DNA of 61,627 nt from a virus (Duplodnaviria > Caudoviricetes): positions 1 to 61,627 of the IMG/VR virus record IMGVR_UViG_3300023109_000023; one strand, written 5' to 3'. A model generated the notes under the pieces. It did not search any database, had not been told where the DNA came from, and was given only the letters and a program-made list of their open reading frames with translations. Positions 1 to 9,000 of the stretch are shown piece by piece. Made by a program: the position numbers and the translations under genes. Each line of letters starts with the position of its first letter. Position 1 is the stretch's first letter.

Positions 1-3000
1 CTAACTAATCCACTAGTTACAGCTCCCCCAACCATCCCCATGATTTGATTGAATGTGCCCATTCTTTTTTCAAATTTTTGGTTTTTCTTACCGACATTAT
101 ATTCATGCAAATCTAGAAAATGTTGCTCATATTCTTGCAAGCCTGCATTACTTTCAGCTAATCTACCGCTAACCATTTTATCGTTAGCATCAAGGGACAC
201 ATCAAACCCCAAATCTAGAGATTGCAATTGTTTTTCATCAAATACTGGGGGTCCAGCTTCTTCAGGTTTTTCTGCTGATCGAGACGCTGCATATGACCCA
301 AATGTAGAAGCAGCTGTATTCGCTACTGCCTGAGTTCCAGACTTTAATCTCTCCTGCCAAGTAGCTTTTCCTCCATTGTTAAATTTAGACACAACATCTT
401 TTGGTATAACATACTCTCCAGCAGTAAGCATAGCGGGAACATTATCTATCCCTCCTGGGCCACTTACTAGTCCACCCTTGGCATATTTCTTAACCTTGCC
501 GCCAGTCATCAGTCCAGCAGGGCTTGGGGTGGGAGCTTTTGTGGCAATATTATTTAAAGCTGTAGGTATTTGAGATATTGCATTTTTAGCGGAATTAATA
601 GTTTCGCCTACTTTCCCTAATTGAGTGTTCGTAGCTTTAGAATTAGCATCCGTAGTTTGCACCAACTGTGATAATTCAGGTGAACCCGCTGTAGTTGTTG
701 ACTCTTGAGGATTTGCCACAGATGCTGTAGCTGGCTCAGCTAGCGGCCTTTCGTATCCAGCGGGTACAGATCTATCTGAAGCAATAAACTCATTAACTTC
801 TTTCTGCACCACTTGTTCTTTTGTGCTAGATTGGCTGAGTTTTTCTGTCCATTTTCTTACTCCCTCCTTGGCTCTTGCAAGCTCATCTGATAGCGGGCGA
901 AGAGCGTCTTCAGCTTCCTTAAGCTTCCCCTCGAACTGTTCTAACTTTTCTTTTGCTTTGTCATATTCCTCCCTATCCTCAGTTTTTGATAAGTCTGAAT
1001 TTGACACTAAGTCAGCTACCTTAGTTTTTTGCGCATCAAAATTAGACTGTGCATCATCTCTGACCTTTGACAACGAGTTAAATTCTTCAAAGTTTGCACC
1101 TTGCCTTCTTACGAGCTGATTACCACCCAGGAACATTCCTTTGTTTTCGTGCAAAGGACTATTGAATGATGAAATAGTTTTTTGAGAATGATCAATCATT
1201 GACTGAGCGCGCTCTTTGTCTGATCTAATGTAGTTTAGTTTTGATTTAGCTATATCTATATTTTTGTACTTAGTTATTTCAGACATTTTTGAATCATCGT
1301 ATCTACCTACATCCAAACCCCTTTCCTTCATAGATCTTCTTTGCATGGCTTCATTTACATATGGATTCTTGTCATAGCTTTGCTTGAATTGATCTGTTTT
1401 GTTTTTTAAAGCTATAGATTTTGCTTCATCCAGGCTCTTCGGCTTGTTAGCTTCATTTGCCTTGATTTGAGCTTCTTTTTGAACTTCTTGCACTTTATCT
1501 TTTGAGCTAGAAGATTGATCTTCCGTCAGTTGCTTTTTTTCTATAGCATTACTTAATTCTGAAATACTCCCTGCAAGTTTTTCCATCGGGCTCCCGAGAT
1601 CACCTTTAACAGTATCAAGCCATTTAGGTTTAGCCCCAAATAAAGCTTTTAATTCGTCTCTAAATTTTGCAGCAAAATCACTCGCGCCACCAGCAATTTC
1701 TGACTTTAAGTCAGCTATTAGTTTATCCGTATTAGTTAAATCAACCCCATCAGTCAACCCAGACTCAACCCTTTTAATTAAAGATTCTAGTTTAGACGAA
1801 AGCTCTTGTTCTACACCAGAAGATTGCTCAAGTTTAGTTCCCAATTCAGTGTTAGAGTCTACGACCATCTGGGCATCGCTTTTTGCAGATTCCCCAGTAA
1901 AAGCAAAAGTCAAATCTTTAATAATGTTATCTATATTAGCGTCCATCATTCTGTCCATAATGCTGTCCGCAATACCAAGCCCCACGTCAGCAAATGCCTC
2001 CCCTATATCCTTTGCTCCAGTAGCTATATCTTTAAACGCTCCCTTTAGGCCAGACCTTGCACTATCAATCCCAAGGTTAACTAAGTCTGATTTTAAGTTG
2101 GATGCCTGAGCATTCATCTCTGCCATCTTTACCTTGAGAGCATCTACTATTTCAGAGTTTTTACCAATCTCTTTGTTGTATGCCTTGTAGGCTTCAGCAA
2201 ATGCAAGGATATCATTGGGATCATCAGTAAGTGTCGCTCTTGTTGCCGACTGTCTTACCCCTCCTAGGCTTTGAAATTTTTCTGTTTGAATATCCGAGCG
2301 TACCATTAAATCCATGGTGGGTTGATCCATCAAGGCTTGCTCTTTAGCATTTCTGAGAGCTTTTAATTTATTACCAACTTCTTCTAGAGATACAGCAGCT
2401 CTCATTCTTTCTGCCATTTGGTCGTTCAGGGATAATAGTAATTCTTTTTTACCATTTATTAATGAGCTTTTTTCTGCAGATAATATTTCTTGTTCTACTT
2501 GCTCTGAAACTATTTCATTAATTTTGCCAGTTAATATTGCTCTTTGTAATTTTAATTTCTCTAACTTATTGCCTTCTTTAAGTTCGGACAATTCCTGCTC
2601 GTTTTGTTGGTCTGCAAGAATAGATCTGTAACCCATTTTATCCATTACTTCCCTGCGTATTTGCGCTGTCTTATTGGTGGTTACTAAATCTATCACCTCT
2701 CCTTGAACCGTAGATTTAATCACCTCTAAACTCTTCGCATTATTATCCAGGGCGGATAATTTCAAAACTTTCCTTTGAATATCTATAGCTAAATTGTCAG
2801 CTTCTGCAGATACTTCGTCCGCTACTATTTGACCAAGCATACCCAGATCAGACAACATACCTCTTCTGATATCAGCTTCAATAGCTGCAGATTCAGCTGA
2901 AGACGCCTCTTCGCCTATTTTGATAAGTTGATTCTTCATCAGCAACTGCTGCGTATCTAAAACCTCTTGATTCTTGGATGGGGCTGAAGATAGTAAACTG

Positions 3001-6000
3001 TTACTCATTTGAGATGACGACAGTCCTTCCATTCCAGATTTTGAAGACTCAATCGCTTGCTTCCTTAAATTTTGAAATATTAATCCTTGAAATGCGAGGC
3101 TATCTTGCTCTAATTTTAACCTTTTTGATGAGAACTTATTTTGAACAGATAACGTTGCAGCTTGACCCATAAGGTTTTCGGTTATCATTTCTTGTGTTGC
3201 TAAAGTTTTATTTAATTCTTTCTCTAAAAGCTTAGCGCCCTGAATGGTCTTAGCATCTATTAATAATTTCTTTAAAGACTGCTTGTTTTTTTCGTCTTGC
3301 CTTTTTGCCTCTAAATCTACAGACACAAGCACTTGCGAGTATTTATCAGATGCTTCGGCTAATTTCTGTAAAGTAGTTTCTTCTACAGCGAGAATACCAG
3401 CCTCTACCGCCGCAAGTGTTGCTGCCAGCTGTACCCTTGGGTCTTGTTCGTCAGCAATTTTTTTAGTTATTTCATTTAATTTTTCTTGGAACTGAGTACC
3501 TTCATCGATTTCGGCTCCTTCAAATATTTTACTGACACCATTTTTTATTTCATCATCAACATTTAAATCAGTTATCACCCTAGAGTTAAATTCAGTAAAT
3601 TCAAAATCTGCATTAGCTGCGCTTTTTAATCTTTCATTAAATGTTGAAATTGATTTAGATAAATCATCCCCTTCTCTTTTTAAATCTGGAGACAATAAAT
3701 TGGTAGTCATTATTGTTTTTGCTTGATCAAGTATAGCTGTAGATAGTTCATCTCCTGCATCTGCGCGTTTTTTATTCAACGCATCAAGTTGGCTAGCTGC
3801 ATCTCTGGATACTTTATTAAAAGCAGCGGTAGCATTACTCATCATGCCATACTCGCTGATTAAATCTTCAGATGCGGCAGCCTCTTCTCTTCTTAAGTTG
3901 TTTAATTCTAATTGATGGCCGAGGGTTATCTTTTCGTAAGATGCTCTTGTTTTAGCTAAGTTAACTAGTTTATTTAATTCTTTAGCAAATTTAGTGTCAG
4001 CCATCATTATAGCTTTCTGACCATCAGAGATATCATTCTTAGACAAGCTGTCGGCTAGTCTATTGATTAGAGCTGCAAAACCTTTGATTTCATTATCACT
4101 TAAACCACCCATGTCGTACTCAAACTCATCGGTGGTTTTCTTTAAATTATCCAACATACCCTCGATCCCAACACTACCAACCAATTCGTTGGCATCAAAA
4201 TTCAAATCATCTATCTCCATAGATGGATTAGCAGCAAGCTTTCTTAATTCTGATATATTTTTTTGTAATGACAAATCTTGCTCTGCGGCACTGGCCCCAG
4301 ATTTACCTTTCAATAAATCCTGCATAGCAAAAGCACTTCGTGAACCCTCTGCCTCTGATAATTTGATGAACTTGTCTACATCGTCTTTTCCATCTGCCTT
4401 ATCTACATTTTCTGAAAAATTAACCCTGTTTGATTCTACAGCAGTTAACATTTTAGTAACTATCAAAAGATCCTGTAATGCTTTTTTGTTTTCGGCATGA
4501 GCTTCAGTGCTTCCGCCCAAAGCTTTATTAACAGCTTTTAACCCAAACTCTCCAACTTTATTCTCATCATAAAGAGCTCCCATAGAATCCATAACTTTAG
4601 AATCAGCGTCTAAACTTTTTAACCTAAGATCATAATAATCCTGTTCTTGTTTTTGAGTTCTGCCTGAGCCTAATATTTCAAGGTCTACCATTTTTTGCTG
4701 AATCTCTTCTTTAGACCTCATGGATTCAAGTGCAGCAGAAACACTTTCTGAAGTCTTACCCAACTCTTCTATTTGTTTCCTTGCTTTAGTGGCGCTACTC
4801 GAAAGCAAATCAAATATACCTTCTCCGACAAAAAACTTTAAAGCTTCATTAACAAGGGTAAAACCTGTATACAGTTGCCCTATTATCGGTAAGAATCTAG
4901 TAAATCCTCTAGCTAATGAGCCTATCGATTTACCTAATAGTGGAATTTTTCCACCAGTCATCTTTGCAAGTCCACCACGAGCCCCACCTCTTTGTTGGTT
5001 TCTTAAATTTTTAGCCACGGCTTCCCTCTCACCCGCATTGGCTGCAGCCTTTCTTTGTGCATTGCCCCCGAATAGATCTCCCACACTTCGTTGTTCATCT
5101 GAACTTTGGCCAAGAGCTTCTGATATTTCAGGAATCAATTCTTTTTGCTGCATATACGCGGCAAAAACCTGCGATGCACCCATTCCTAACTCTGCTAAAT
5201 TTCTACTCGCACCTGACGCTGTTGATGCGAATTCCCCAAGGAATCCATTCGCCATAGAAATCATAGACTGGAAGAAGAACAATCTCTGTAATCCGTTTTC
5301 TCTTCCTTTAGATTCTGCCTCTATAGCTGCTTGAGCCTTACCAGTTTTTACAGATAGATCATTAAATACCTTAGCTACTTTATCACCTTCTTTTATGACC
5401 TCACTGTTACCCCCAGATCTTGCTTCAGCTTTTTGAAAAGCTCCAAACATTTCCTTCCTAGCAAGATCAGTGGCCCCCATTAGTGCTGGATTAACAAATG
5501 CTTCCTTATCTCCACCCTTCGCAGCTTGCTCAGCACTATTAAGCTGGGAGCTAACTTCATCAACTGTTTTTGATACCTTTTCAAACTCTACATCAGTGAG
5601 CTTGTCTTTTAAAAACTCTAAACCTTTCTCTAAATCCTTAGCCCCCTGGTGTATCGCAGAAATTACAGGTTCCAATATCTCACCCTGATTGGATCCACCA
5701 AGAGGAGCGCTGGACCCACCAAGAGGAGCGCTGGGTCCACTAACAGGAACAATAGGTTTTGTTGGAAATTTTGAATAATTATTTTTGCTGGAATCGTGGC
5801 CACCAAAGCTACCCCCTCTTGCTCCAACATAGTTAGGCACCAATCCTTTTTGTGTTCCGTGTTTTTTAGGGTCGATGTTCATCGACTGAGCTCTTTTAAT
5901 TCCTTGGTTCACACCGAGAGGTTCGTCTCTTGTGTTTGTTACAGCTAAACCTAAAGGATTTTTTCTGTCCACCAGCTGGTTACTTCTTTCTACCCTGATG

Positions 6001-9000
6001 GTTGAAGGTGGCACACCAGCAGCTTTCTCTCTTTTAATGGCTTGAATTAATGGGTCACTGAAATTGGGAACAATTCCTTTATTTGCTACATCATAATACT
6101 TATCTTCATCTCCCTTGAAATAACCTCTTAGTGAATTTTTATCAGTAACTCCTTCTGGCACCCCCTTTCTTTGGAAATTTTTTGCCTGAAGTAAAGATTC
6201 TGTATGTTTCTGCAAGAAAGACTTCATTAATTTACTTGGCTGCTCGATTCCATCTTTCTTCATGTTACGAATAACACTTGGGTTATCCATTACAGATTTA
6301 ATGTGCCTTATGTCTTCTGTGTTAGCCGATATAGAGAATGTTTCCTTATCAAGCCTGAGACCAGAAACTGGAAACTCCATTTGCATCCACTCTACAATAT
6401 CCTCAAATTGTTTGTACTCATCAGGGGTGACTCTTAAATAGTTTTTAGTATCTTCCTTTAAGCCTTTCCTAGCTTTTTCAACCCTATTACTAGCAACAAA
6501 GTTAGGGACGAGACCCTTGCTTGAGAACCCCGCCGCAGAATCACCCTTTCCTTTAACTCTCTTAGTTATTAAATCCTGAAAATTTACAGCTTCATCCATG
6601 TCGAATGGACCGCCAAATGGCTTATAAACTAAACTTGCAAGATCTGCATTTTCTGGCTTAGTGAAGTGTTTGTTAATATCACTTTTAAAACCCACAAGAC
6701 TATCAAAATCCATTACCTGCTCATCATACCCTTCTGAATAACCAAAGAGGCCTCCAGTTTGTAAGCCTTCTTGTATTCTATATTTGATTTGAGGAAACAT
6801 TGAAACAATATTAGCCCAGGGTGTTGACCCCATCCCATTTCTCTGTGGAGTTAAATACCCAGACCCCACGGATTCATTATTTTTTAATAATTTATTAAAG
6901 TTATTAAATGCACCTCCTTTTAGATCCTTATCCCCCCTAGTTGCATGTAATACTTCTGCATGTCCCGCAGGGTATTGCCTATACTTCAAGCTGGTTCCCG
7001 TTTCGGGGTCTTCCATTTCTCGAACAGACATGGCAAAGTTTGGCACAAGCCCTTTGTTTAAAACCTGCATGACCTCGCTTTCGCCTGGTAAAACTTGACG
7101 AGTGCCATTAGGGTTATAACCAATATCTGATTCTGGAACCATTTGTCTCATGGTCTTGTCGTAGAAATCATATTCTTTTCTACCATATTCCATTTTATAA
7201 TGGTCCAATAAAGACCTATCATTTCGTCTGCCGTAAACATTCAGATATAGCCCGCCATTTTCTTCAGCCCACTTTTGTATGGCTCCGTTCGCCATAGATT
7301 CTTTAAATTCGTCAACCTTAGGGTAGAGTCCTTGCTCTGGGTCAGATCCCATGCTCAGTACTCTCAACATTTTCTTTTTATCGAATACATTTTTTTCTGG
7401 GACGGTTTTCTCGAGTACATGACCTTCTTCTACTGGCTTGCCTGGTCGGATTGATCCCGCAAAATTCTTAGCAACAGTTTTTGAGGTACTAAAGGATGTC
7501 GCTCCAGAAGGTTTTTGGTTCCCAACATCTCCAACATCCCTATAACCAGCCATGGGTCCACTTGTATGAGATTTAACGAAAGCTTGTACGATGTCTACTA
7601 CAGCTTCTGGAGTATTGGCCCCTTCAAATGATGGCATATTTTTACCAATTGTAGGTTCATCAATCCCTTGTCTTGATTTATTTTGACCTCGATATAGAGT
7701 TAAGTTTGCGAAGTTAGGAACTAAGCCTTTTGAGAAATCATCTTCTCTTACTGTTTTCCCTGGTTTAGGTTGGTAAAAATTTCCAACTTTTTCTAAAGCC
7801 ATGGTTACTTCGTTATATAAGATTTCTTGACCTTGAATTTTTCCATGCCCACTAGTGTAAGAAGTTACATATCCTTCGTGGTCATCTGCTTGGGCATCTT
7901 GTATTGCGGCTATATATTTTGATGTATAGTTTTCTACCTCTTTAGAGTCCATTCCAACTTTACCTCCTTCAACTTTATTCGCATAAACCTTTCTAATAGC
8001 AGCCTTAATTTGAGACTCTGAGACATACCCATTTTTTAAATTTAGGGCATTAAAATTCGGCACTAACCCCTGGGCTGCATTCACATAATCTCTGTAAACA
8101 CTTGCTCTAACCCAGTCAGGATCCATTTTAACCCCTACTGCTTTCTTGCCTTGACTTGTGATTTCTTCGACGTCTGGGTCTGTGTTTAATCCATAATTAA
8201 TTTTATTGCCGACCATCTCGTAGCCATCCAACCCCTTACCATTAATAAACTCGGCAGCATAAGAAGGGAGAGCTACATCTAATATAGACGACCCACCAGC
8301 CCTATCCATCGTAAAGTCTAACCCAGATTTTACCATGGGGGTATTATTGGCTTTGGCTAGCATTTTTGTAGCCGTATGAGAAAGCCCAGACTTAGCCGCC
8401 TCTCCGTGTGTCACTTTTTCGATAACATGCGGATTAATTCCTGTGCTGGGGTCATATCGACCAGGACCAATATTTACATCTCCTTCTGTATTTTTCTCCC
8501 AATCAAATCTTGTGGTTGGCCCACCAGGGTCTCCCATGTAAGCCCTGTCACCAAAACTTGATTGAAAGTTTACACCCATTGTTGCTGATGTTGCAGGGAA
8601 TCCACCTCTTAATACTGTTAATGGGTCTAGTAAATCTGACATCGGCAAAGACTGACTTTTCACTGTTTTTGTGGTGGGGTCAAGTAACTCTCCATTAACT
8701 GCCCCAGCCGAAGAAACTATTTGCCCCTTATGAGGTTTAAATATTTTTCCAGAGGGTAAAGTGTATTCATTCCTTGCATTGATCGTCTTGCCATCCATAT
8801 TGAAGATATCTTGCTGAGACGCATAGTTGGGTACAAAACCAGAACTTATCCCATGCGACACAACTAAATCTTTAGACGATTGGTCTATTAATTCTGGGTT
8901 TTCTCTTAAAGTTTTTTGTAATTCGTTTTTTTGTAAAAGACTTTTAACTTGAGCCATTGACATACCAACGGGATTCCAAGACCCCATTCTCGCTAATTGA

